A stretch of DNA of 64,000 nt from Thalia democratica (taxonomy: Eukaryota). The stretch lies in NCBI GenBank assembly GCA_965202585.1, contig OZ241827.1, positions 25,048,001 to 25,112,000 of the forward strand, written 5' to 3'. Of the stretch, positions 23,138-35,300 are shown one piece after another; position 1 is the first letter of the stretch; each line of letters begins with the position of its first letter. The notes under the pieces were generated by a model that saw nothing but the letters and a program-made list of their open reading frames with translations, had not been told where the DNA came from and made no database searches. A program made the translations under genes and the position numbers.

Positions 23138-23580
23138 NNNNNNNNNNNNNNNNNNNNNNNNNNNNNNNNNNNNNNNNNNNNNNNNNNNNNNNNNNNNNNN
23201 NNNNNNNNNNNNNNNNNNNNNNNNNNNNNNNNNNNNNNNNNNNNNNNNNNNNNNNNNNNNNNNNNNNNNNNNNNNNNNNNNNNNNNNNNNNNNNNNNNNN
23301 NNNNNNNNNNNNNNNNNNNNNNNNNNNNNNNNNNNNNNNNNNNNNNNNNNNNNNNNNNNNNNNNNNNNNNNNNNNNNNNNNNNNNNNNNNNNNNNNNNNN
23401 NNNNNNNNNNNNNNNNNNNNNNNNNNNNNNNNNNNNNNNNNNNNNNNNNNNNNNNNNNNNNNNNNNNNNNNNNNNNNNNNNNNNNNNNNNNNNNNNNNNN
23501 NNNNNNNNNNNNNNNNNNNNNNNNNNNNNNNNNNNNNNNNNNNNNNNNNNNNNNNNNNNNNNNNNNNNNNNNNNNNNNNN
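23138..23580. other. Assembly gap (443 N)
   Basis: Run of N. The two X-filled ORFs in the track are artefacts of this gap. Confidence 0.99.
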
Positions 23581-26500
23581 CAATAGTTATTTTATGACAC
23601 TCATTTAAGTAAAAAAAACAGTAAACTGTTATTAGACATGAAATTCTTACATTTTTATACAATATCTAAATGTTTTAGGTATACAAACTTGATTGTACAA
23701 CCGTTTATTGCAACATTTTTTTAATTAAAAAGTAATCCGAAATCTTCTAAAATAACAATGATATAAAGATTTTGTTTTATAATTTAATAGATTAATTTTT
23801 CTTTCTTAAATATTAAATTACTGATTAATTAACTGCAAACTATCAATTAATGTCAGCAGAGTTATATTTGAACTTCAAATTTATTAGTCATCATACTCAA
23901 GTAACTTTTAATCAAAAAAAATTAACAAACTAACTTAACTAAATTTGCTATGCTGCCCAAAAAATTATAAAAAAATTAAAATATTGTACTTTATAGTGCT
24001 GAAAATTTATTTAAAGCATCTAAGTTTGGACGAATAAGATTAATAAAAATAAAAAACGTTTAGTTGCACTGTATTATTAATTATATTCAAAGTAGTGTGT
24101 TTTAAAGTAACAAATTTCTCCTACAATAGACCAATTCCGTTTTGCTTTTCACATACGAATGTGAATATTTGATATAAATTTTACGTCGTATGTATATACA
24201 TTGTTTAAAGTTTCGTAAGATAAATACTGAAAACTGTGAAAAAGCACTTAAATGCTTAACAAAAGCCAAAGTAACAAAGTTATTTACCTTTGAGCTTCCT
24301 TAGTTTCTCTTCTACTTTTCTGCAACTAACGACCTTTAAAACCACTTAAGCGTCGGTACGGAGAGTTGCATAACTCCTCTTTGAAACGAAAGTGTTTACG
24401 TTGCGCGATTATACAAATCTGCTTTCGTTGTTATGGCATGGAAAAGCTTTACGTAATAAGTTCAGAAGATTCGAGAAGTTTCCGCTGTTACACAACAGGC
24501 TTGCGCTCGCGGAGTTTTTGCATTTCAGAAAAACAATCCGAAACTCTATGACTGTATGCATGTAATTCTCCGCTGCTCATGGAAACCTTCTTGGAATTAC
24601 TCAATACTGGGAACTTGCTTGCAGAATTTTTTGTGGCATGAGGTAAACAATGACAGCAACTGATTACAGAAGTACTAACGTTAGTAAAAAAATTCCGAAG
24701 AGCAAAACTTGCATAAGAGGAGTTTCAGACGCAGCTCTTTGCGGATTCATCTTCGTTTTCACGCGGTCCTTGTTTCTTGCTGTTTTGCTTTTGTGATATA
24801 ACCTCGCTTTTTTGTTATCTTAAATCTCCAATCGCTTACATCATCATCGGCAGACAGGCAGTGCAAACAGCTGATTGGCAGACTTTATGTTGCACTTGTT
24901 TTTCATTTTGTTGCATAACAGACTGTTTTGGAAATCCCCAAGTGAATGATTCACTTTTCGGTCGTGAAAAAGTTTCAAGGTCTGCAAATAAACTTGTTTT
25001 TCAGTTTTTTGTTGTTGTAGGTAGGTATGGTCTTTTTCACATTTACATAAAATCAAAATAAAATTATCAAAATACTCTACAAAATATACAGCTACTTTTA
25101 GAAACTATAATTTATAAAATTATCATTAATGTTTTTATTTTTTATTTTTAGTGAGTGTTTAATTATCAAATATAATGTCGTATTAATTTTACAATAACTT
25201 TTTTAAACAGTTTTGTATATTTAGTAGATTTAATACTTTATCTAAATGTTTTAGTGACTTATAAAAGTTCCAAGCTGAATTCACAAAAAAAAAATCAAAA
25301 CTTAGTAAATAAAAACTAAATGGTAGTACTTTATCGGATTTAATTTTAAAGATACTTCTTACCATTGAGAAATTGTTGCAACAGCTATTTCCATTAGATT
25401 TATTTTTGTAATACAGTACAAATTGCATTTTTAAAGCTACCAATAGAATTTTTAAGAGCAAGACTTCAATCAGCGAACAATTACCTTTCAATCTAATATT
25501 TTAGCTGACCTACATGCATGCCTAGGTATTTCGAAAACTCTTGGAAGTAAATATTAGCTTTGTAAAGCAACTCACAAAAAGCACTCATGCAGTGTTTATC
25601 AACGTCAGTGCATGCAAGAAAAATAGGTTTGTCCAAGGCGGACACGCTGATCTTGGCAACAAATCTCTTACAAAGCCTCTCGTGACACGAACCTGTATTT
25701 GCACATGGTGAGCAATGCAAAACGCTTCAAGTTGAAAACTGCGCCTCAACGTTCTAAAGAAGTCGGAACGAGCATGTTAGAAGGGCCACTCAATTAGATT
25801 GAAACGAGTGCAAATATTTGCCGCTTCCTTCGTTGTAACTTTGTTTCGCTGCTAGTATTTGCCCACCGTTATTTTTATCTGCACTTGCACTTAGCCTCGG
25901 TATGAGATTGAGCAAACATCTTTTTGTATGTTTCTCACGCGAAAACAACATGACATGCAAACAAGAGCGGATACGTTTTGTTTGTTGGTTTTCTGCAAGT
26001 CGAGACTTGGTTGAAACTGACATCAAAACACAACTTTGTGTTTGCAGTATGATGTTTTTTAAGTTTTGCAGGTTTTTTTTTTCTAATGCGCATCTCATGT
26101 AAAAATTTGTATAAGTATTTTTTCATATTTTGGATATTAAATTTATTTGACAAAGCAACAAGATGTTAGCAATAAAGTTTAAAAACTATTAGCCAGTTAC
26201 TAAACTTATTTCAACTAAATTTATTATTTTTAACCTAGATATTTAAAAACTTGGTATACAAATCGTTATTATTTTAGCTCTACATTGTTTCAAATTTTGA
26301 GGTTGTGGTTATATTTTTAGAGTTTACATAGTTATTATAAGCACCAATTAACAACCGTCAAAAACTGAAACATGGACAAAACAATCATTCTTTTCAAAAT
26401 TTTTTTGGTAATCAACGGTATAAAAATCACTAACAACACTAATGTATTAAACAAAAGGAAAACTAATGAATCCTTGTACATTTTAAAGTACCATCTTAAG

Positions 26501-28377
26501 TATAAAAAAAAACTTCTGACAACAACTACAACACGACAAATTTATATACAAGCAAAATGTGTTACGTAAAAAGGACAAAATTTTTACAGAAATGTGTGTC
26601 TGGCTCGCACTTGACCTCAAAGCGTGTTAACCGAACCGCTCCGCTCAATAATCAGCCAATTTGGAATGCACATTCTTCTACCGACTACATTGATGGCTGC
26701 TTCCTGTAAACAAGGTGCCTCTGTGCGCTTTTAATTGGCGAAGTATGCGTGTTTTTTGCAGCACAGTTATCAATCATGTTTGAAATTTTATTTGTGTATT
26801 TGGCGTGTTAGAGCATCCTTTATGTCTGCGATGAGGCCGTCGCGATTCGTAATTTGATTTAAACACAAGTTTTACCGTGAAAATAACCTATTTCTGTGTA
26901 CGTGTTATGTATGTTAGCTTTACGTAACAGTCACAATTTTGTAATTTGAATTTAGCGAATGATTGGTAGATGATCATTTGAGTGATTTTGAAAAGGTATC
27001 AAATTTTTATTTGTCAAATTTGCATGATTTAAAAAGAACTATACTAGTTTTTGATTTTTGTAAATTAGTAAATTCTGTTTATTTTGAAAAAAGTAATTGT
27101 AAAAATGAAGAAATTTATGTCTTTATAAATTTAGCTTTTATTAAAAATATTGACTTACGTTACGTTTTTTTAACAAAAACTAAATAAAAATTAAATATAT
27201 TTAAGTCAAAAATATGTTTGGCTATAAACATTTTTCTAGTAAAGTTTTACTTTAGGGCAATTTTTGTCAACTAACAACCAAAATAAAGAAGCTTTTTCTT
27301 TTTTTTTAAGTTTTTTTTCTTAAGTATTTACTTTGTGCATAATTAATGTTAATAATGACATTTAACTTTATAATATATTATAAATTTGTTTACAAACTTA
27401 CAGTTAAAAAACTTAAATAAATGCTTTTGTTTTCTTACATTCATCAAAAACATCATGTCTTTGAAACGAATGGTTTACAAAATTAACATAAAATATTATG
27501 TAGTACAAAACACGTGTAATTTGTTTTGCAACTTTTAAGTATAAAAGCTGTTACATAAAGAACAAAAATATTCTGCTTGGAAACGTTTTATTCATTTAAA
27601 GTTTATTAAACACTTTCTCATTAATTTTTACCAAATCAGTCTTTGTACACTATAATTACTTAAAACTGAATAGTGTTTTCTCAATAGTTATTGATACTAT
27701 ATTCCAATATATTTTAATTGAGACTATTCTCAAATGACTATACTTTTAAAGAATTATTTATTTTAATCAAAAAAAGTTATAATCTAGTCTAGTCTTTTCT
27801 GCAAAAGTGTTTTTTTTTTCTATGTTCTAGTTTACAAAACTACGATTAATAATTCCAAAAGTTATACAGTTTGATAATTTAAATAAAAAAAAGTTATTAC
27901 TACGAACCAAGGGAGTCGCGTAGGCTTAAGCATTGGATCATAAAAACTTAGTATTATGAAACTGTTAAACTTACTAATTTTTTTTAAACATTTGTTGCAG
28001 TTATAGTATTTTTATCTTGGCTAATTAGTTTAAAAAAATAAGTATTCAAAATATAAAGTTAATCGTTTGCTAATAACGGTCCTAGCGAAACAGGTTCACT
28101 GAAATGTATAACAATAGCAATTTTAAACAGTACTCTTTCTTTATTAAACTAACACATACTTCTTAACACACAAAAATGTATGTTAGTTTAACAAAGAAAG
28201 AGTACTGTTTAAATTTGCTATTACTATTATTTTTTAAATACCAATTTAAGGTTTTTTTAAATACTTGTAAATTTTATGCACCCCCTAAGAAATATATTAC
28301 GCGTCGCCATTGCTATGAACAAATTAAATACATTTGGTCAACAAAAATAAAGCAAGAATAAAAAAGGACAATACTTT

Positions 28378-28493
28378 GTCCTGGACAAGACGTTAAAAGG
28401 TATCCGTGGTGTGCGACCCGATAACCAAAAGGTTCTTCGTGCACCGGGTCCTAGGACCAAATATTTTGAGCGTTTTTTTATCGTTCAATAAAC
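28378..28493 (+). repeat. Short dispersed repeat, copy B
   Basis: Sequence: GTCCTGGACAAGACGTTAAAAGGTATCCGTGGTGTGCGACCCGATAACCAAAAGGTTCTTCGTGCACCGGGTCCTAGGACCAAATATTTTGAGC...AATAAA. It is homologous to copy A. Confidence 0.8.
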
Positions 28494-29040
28494 TATAGTA
28501 TAAATTTAAAAACCGGTTACATTTTATGTAACTCTAAACGTTATAATATTTTAACAACTAACAACATTATCTTATATTAATAGTAGCTGTGTAAAAATTA
28601 AAATGAGTTTTATTTTTATAAAAGTTATTTTCATAAACATTATAAGTTATCATTATAAAACAAAAAACAAAAAATTAACAAAAATAATTTGTCAAAAACT
28701 TTATTTAGGTTCGTTAATAATAACAAAACAAGTGTTTTTTGTTATACAGTTATAGTAGTGGAAATTAAGACTATCTTAGTTATTACTATTTATTTAAATA
28801 GTGTTTAAATTACAACAAAACTAAATAAAAATTTAACCGATTTTATTGAAGGGCTACAGCACTTATTATATTTTGTAGTTTGATATGTAAAAACTACAAG
28901 TTCTTAGAAATTAGACATACTCTTATTTAAATTTTGATTATGACTGTGAATCAAAAAAATTCAGTTATCAGTTTAGATGAAGCTAAAAAATAATTATAGA
29001 TGTTTTTTTAGTAATACTTGTTTACACTGATGATCTAAAT

Positions 29041-29362
29041 CAGCGATTCTTAACCTGGGGTAAATTCCCTTGGTTTAGCGGGTAGTTAGTATTTATTGCC
29101 AATTTTTGTAAATTAATAGTTTTTTTATTTGAAAGTTAGTATTTAAATGTAGGGTTTTTTTTTAATTAAATAAACTTTTTAAATTCAACGATCTTTTTTA
29201 TAGCTAAATATGCTTAAAGATCAAAAAAATTTTTTATTTTTCCTTAAAACTTAACACTGTTTGTATATTGGGCGTAAATTTAGTAATTAACTTAAAAAGG
29301 ATTAAATTGGTAACAACCTTCCAAAAAGGGGTAAAACATGAAAAAAAGGTTAAGAACCGCTG
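29041..29362. mobile_element. hAT (Charlie-like) MITE, 322 bp
   Basis: TIRs CAGCGATTCTTAACCT and AGGTTAAGAACCGCTG match at 15/16 positions. The 8-bp target duplication is ATCTAAAT (29033-29040) / ATCTAAAC (29363-29370), resembling the NTCTAGAN preference of Charlie-type hAT elements. Confidence 0.88.
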
Positions 29363-32300
29363 ATCTAAACACTGTATTTATGTATTAAATGATTAATGAT
29401 AATACATAACTACTTATTTAGTAAATAACAAATTACTATTAGGTAAAAATACTTGGTTGTACAATAATTATGTTAAATAAGCTAGCAGTTTAACACACAG
29501 TTTTGCATTAAAACTGCTGAGCATTTTATTTTTAATTTAGTTATTATATTCTGTTCTTATCTAACTAGAAGTTTTTACAAATCAGTAATGCTTCGATTAG
29601 CTTGATTGTGTGAAGATAACAAGCAAAATAAACTTTACGTAAACAACTACAAGTTTAATAAGTTTTGTAACAGATTAGTTAGGTAAACAACATAAAATTA
29701 TTTTAAAACTTAAAAGTTGTTAAATGTTAAAAAAAGCTAAAAGAGTGCTACACTCGCAATATCATGATAACCAAATCATAAAAGTTTTATTTAATAAAGA
29801 TTTATAAACTCAAGTATTATTTACCAAGCAAACTGTTACGAAATTTTAGATACGTAACTTATACTAAATGTAACAACAACTTATAGTTTAATTAGTGATT
29901 GATATTCTTATACTTAATTTTGAGTTTTTCATAATTAGCAAAATAGAAACGATTATTTTGCAATTTTTACCACTTTTCATTTTTTTTGTTATTTATTAAC
30001 AGTAAACATTTCCAAAACCTTAGGATTTTAACTTACAGTTCAACATTATAAAATACAGTTTATTACCTAATAATTTGTAAGTTAAAACTTTTGTTGACAA
30101 TAAGGTTTCTTAACACACAAACATAATTGTTCTACAAATATACAGCATACAAATTTAAAGTTACCATGGCTAATTTTCTAAAGCTTTCAGCAATTAAAAT
30201 AATACACACTTATATTTATTTTTATAGACTTCATAATATTTTTAAGTTAAAAACAACAACACATTAAACTATTAATAGATTGATATATTTCAGCGATAGA
30301 AAGTAACAAAATTAAACATATAATAAAAAATACAATGTTCTTTTTTAATGTATGTTTAAACGAAAAAGGAATCCAAGAAAACATAATTCATATCATCATT
30401 TTTTGTTATAGTTTTCTGCTTTCTCAGAAATTTCAGACAAATTTGTTTTTCTAAATAACAAACCAAATTGCATTCTCACAAGAAAATAGAGGTATACAAG
30501 CGCACAATCTATTTTTGTTGCAAGGTGTAAGCGTTAAAATAACACGCGGCCACAAATGTAAAAAATTACAAATGCGACCAGCTCATGTATGCTTATTGGG
30601 CGAGGCATTAGTTAAGTGTTTTATCTCAGCCATCAATAAAAGAAAAATTTCAACAGCAGATCAGCGGTTATGCGTGTAGCCAGGAAAAACTCGCCTACTG
30701 TTGACATTTCCATCATAATACACTCGCCTGTTTTGTCAGGAAAAGTGCTGAAAACACTCGAATGCCTGAGCGCTTGCACCAAGGTCGGAGAAAGCAGCAA
30801 CGAAGAAAAAACCTCGTGACTGATGCAAGGTTAAAATTTCCAGAAGAAAAAAAAAGAAAACCGCTGAGCAGCAGCAGCGTGGGTAAATTTCTATGACGAC
30901 GGAGGCAAATCTGGTTTGTTGGTGTTAAGCGCGAGCTCGCTCTCTCAACTAGCCGGCCTTGAAAGACTTGTTTACGTCTTCCGTAAGTGTTGGTGTTTAT
31001 GTACACACACACATGCATACACAAACGGTAATAAGTCGCCTTATCTGCTCAGCGCCGCTGCCTTTAAGTTTCTCTCACACACATGAGCTAATTTTAATTA
31101 AAAGGCTAATGTAAACACGAGCGCTGCTGATGCGCCAAGCAAGTCGCACTTGGTCGCTAACAGCCAGCTACAGTTGCGGCTCGTCTTTGCAACAGCTTCT
31201 CTTGATGTTCGGCAATAATAAACACCGTCGGTTGTAATCACCGATTAATTAAGCGTTTGTCATAACAGATTTTCGCACAGATCTTCGGCTTAGAGACAGA
31301 TGTGGAGATATGAGGTTTATGCGATAATTCGAATATCATTATGCCTGTTAAAATAGTGGCTATCGCTGATTGTACCTTTTAATAAGTGCGAGTCTACAAG
31401 ATTTAATTAACCGACTTTGCTAGTCCAGTGAGCGCTTATGAGAATCACTAACCTGAGTATTGGTGGTATGTTAAAATTAAATCACTTATTTTTTTTTAGG
31501 TAAGTTCAATTTAAACACTTCATATAAACAAAAAAAACTTCAAAAACTACTCTCATGAGAATACAGTAAATGTAGAACGATATCAAACTTGTATAACATA
31601 GTTTCGTCATAATTAGTATACATCGCATTTATCAAAAGTTAACCAAGTTTATACAGTTAGCTGATTTTATGAAGTAGAATTAGTTAATTAAAAAGGCAAA
31701 AAATTCAATTTTGTTTTATTCTTTTCATTATTTTGTTATAATTTGAATAAAACACTGTTAATTTCAAAAATCAAAAGTAAAACTAGTTTTAGCAAAATTA
31801 CATTTTAATTAACTATATACTAAAATTTTCATGTTTTTCTTAAATTTTAGTATGCCAGCAAAAACCTTTTACAGTCAAGTTTTCAAAGAATTACAATAAC
31901 GTGTAAACTATTGGGCCTACAAAACTTATTTTGTCTTTGATACAACTCATTTATTAGTTGCAACACTGACTGGTTTTTATAAAAACTTAAGAATTAAAAA
32001 AATAATATCCTTAGTTTTGTTTTAAATTTTATATTTGTATTTACTCTTTTATTTTAAACAGACCAAGTATTTTAAACGTCTTTTTTATTTATCTACTTCA
32101 CATTTTTTTTAAATTTTATTTATAACTTATTTTCTAAGTCTTTAGATAACCATAGAAGTTTGTTTAACGAAGCAATCAAAAAATTGTTAAGGTGTTTGTA
32201 TTTTTTTATAGAAATGAGTTATTCTGAGGCTGTTCTAAGCTTAAAGCTATACAATCACAAACATTATATTAAATAAAAGACAAATATTAAATGATTTTAA

Positions 32301-35300
32301 ATAATATAAGATTTTGAACTTGAGAAGTACTTGTTTTCTGTCGTTCCAGTTTCAAACCAACTTATCTTTAATTTGACACTGATAAATATTGTACAAGTTA
32401 TAATTACGTGGTTAAGACCTAAGTCTTGATTTAATTTTATCCCATTTATTTTAACTTTTTATTGTTTCATTTGAAACAAAACTGTAGTGCGCCATGAGTT
32501 TTCTTATAGATATAGAAAAAATAACAGCTGCAATAGTAATGCTCAAATTTGATTGGCTTTTGATTTTGTTTATTTTAAGTTTAGTTTAAAAAAAATTGTT
32601 CTACTAGCTATATGCTTGGGTGTAATGGTTTAGGGGTAAGGGTCAGGCATGTTAAAAAGCTCTGCTTTGTTTACTCAAGCGTGAAATTACTAACTTAAAA
32701 CAAACCAAAAATAAAACACTTCATTGCTGAATTACCATAGTAACTTTTAGCATTTTAACATCTCTGGTAAGGGTATAGGTTTAAATTATTTGTAGAATGG
32801 TTTAGGGATATGGGTTTAAATGTTGTTACTGTATTGCTGTATTATTACTTTTACGCATTAGCATAAGACAAACTATACTTTACAGTGCTACTGTTTCCGG
32901 CCCGATCATAGCATACTTGTCAATATGAAAAGTAAAAGTTGTTACGAAGTATAAGACTTTACAGCTTAAGAAAAGTCTTTAGAAAATTATAAAATGAAAC
33001 AAGCTAATTAAAAAGCAAGAGAATAAAAATGAAAATGTTTTATATGCTAAACTTTAATACTTATAAATGTCCATAGTAATACTAATAATACAACTTTTTA
33101 GATTTTTTACAAGGAAGAAGGGTACATATTTCTCATGTAATTTAAATTCTTCATCTTAAAAAAGGTACATATTTTTTAGTGCTTAGTGTAAACTTTTTAT
33201 TGAAGTGAATGTTTATCAGTGGTAGTGTACATAATTTAAAGATGTTAATTTAAACTTATCTTATTCAAATAGTTCAAGATAAGCTATTTTTTTAGAAATA
33301 GGTTCGTTGACTGTTACAAATCATTTTGTGTTATTCACTTTAAACAAAGATAAACTTTATCAATCTAAAGCGAAAATTGTTATATAATCATAGAAAATAG
33401 TAATTACAAATATAAAATGTGAGTTCACCTCTTTAATATACTTACTAATAGATCTTTATTAAAGCCTGATGACTAATATTTTCGACAAAAAATAATACAA
33501 AGCCTATTGCAAGACTTTAATTGATGTACTTTAAGCACTTTTTATTTTACTGAATTATTAATTAAACAGTTTCTACTATTGTAGGTGCACTTGTGTTGGA
33601 ATAAGATCATGCTATTCTTTTAGTTTATTACAAAAATACAATTTACAAGTTTTTATAGAAACACTTATGCCTACATTTATTAGACAATTAAGAATTTTGT
33701 TTCAAGTTGTGTACCACACTACCACTTAATAATCGTTATCGTCTACAAATATGATTTATACTTTTCAAAGAAAATATGAGCTTAACATATAAATATTATA
33801 AATATTTTTAAAACTTTGTCGTCCTAAAATATTTTTTACTACATTCATTCTTATACACTGGTTAATGTATAGCAAACTATGTACGTATCTACGGTTTTTT
33901 TTTTTTTGTTTTTATAGCCCCAAGTTTTTACTTGGACCTATTGAACTATAGTAAGTATGTATATTATTAAGCGGATTTATTTTGTTACTTAATACTTTTA
34001 TGACCTACTTTTTTTTTCTTAAAAATTTTTAACTTATTTGTTTAAGTTTGCAAAAATGATCTTTTATGTTCATCTAAAACACCTATTGTTTCTGAGAATT
34101 AAAAGAATACTTATATAAATATAGCAAAAGTTATGCAATTTTTAGTTTCTTTTGATTGTGTTATAGTTATATAAAAAAACGTTTGTTCTAGGATTTAATT
34201 TCTATCTTAAGGATGTACTTCTAACTTTATGTTAGTCATATCCGCTTCTATTGTTTAAACTTTCTTAAGTTTCTGACACTCTTATGATATTTTAGAATTT
34301 CATTTAAAAATAAATATTAAAACCTTCTTATTTTAATACTTATTTCATCTTAAAAACGTTAATTCTTTTTACCATAAATATTTTGTTACTTAAAATTAAA
34401 ACATTTAATTTAATTTTCTAGTTTACTTAAGTATTGCTTTTTCTTTCAGCTTCAAAATTTAGTAAGCTTGTACAACTAACCTGCATTTTTTTAATGTTTT
34501 TTCTTGTTTAAAAAAAAAAAAAAAAAGTTTTTAAAGTAAATAAAAATTTTTATTTCAACCTTTAAAAAAAGTTTTTAACTAAACAAATGTTTTTACTGAT
34601 TTTAGAAGCTGTTATAGTCATGTTCTTCGTTTATAATATTTTATTTTTATATAAGGAGAAGTCTGTGCACACTAAACTGCTGTGAATATATAAGTTTATT
34701 ACTTATTACTCACATTGGTAAACTGTCAATGTTTCTACTAAGTTTGATAATGCTTAATAACAGCTAATTATAAATGTATATAAAAAGTATAGACAAATAA
34801 TTTTATCTAGAATTTTTAATACTCAAAAACCTTTTGTGTTCGTGTGCCTATTAACAATATAGCTAAACAGTTAAGTCTACAGAATTTCTAACATGTATAA
34901 TACAAAGTTCTGCTTACAGTTCAATATAAATAACAACTTACCATTAAGTTTTTTAGTTTTAGAATGTCTTTATCAATACTAGCAAAAGTTTTAAGATCTT
35001 ATTTTCTAAAGCAGTAGTCGGACTTTTTACATACTCTTTACTAGTATATACTTGAAATAAGAGTTATTTTAGAAAGATAAAATTTTAAAAATTATTGAAA
35101 TTTATAAACAGCAGTTCTATAAATAAAAAACTGATTTGTTCTAGCTGACTTATTTTAATTAAATCTCAATTATTTAAAATACAAATGTTTTTTTAGGTGC
35201 ACCGATAGCTGTTCGATTAAATAAATATGTCAATTGTTTAAAAAAAAATAGAAACAATTGCTTTAAAATTTATTAACGGTTTTAACAAAATAAACTTGAT

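Noticed and set aside
23101-23662. 160-aa and 180-aa ORFs in the track
   Set aside because: They consist almost entirely of X codons from the N gap.
28378-28465. HDV-like or twister ribozyme reading of the dispersed repeat
   Set aside because: P3/L3 and the catalytic J4/2 elements cannot be placed in the required order.
31031-31044. 14-mer ATAAGTCGCCTTAT recurring as its reverse complement at ~43304
   Set aside because: A single shared 14-mer is expected by chance in 64 kb, and there is no flanking similarity.
32615-32820. GGTTTAGGG-like degenerate telomeric motifs
   Set aside because: Only scattered imperfect units, with no array or element boundaries identifiable.
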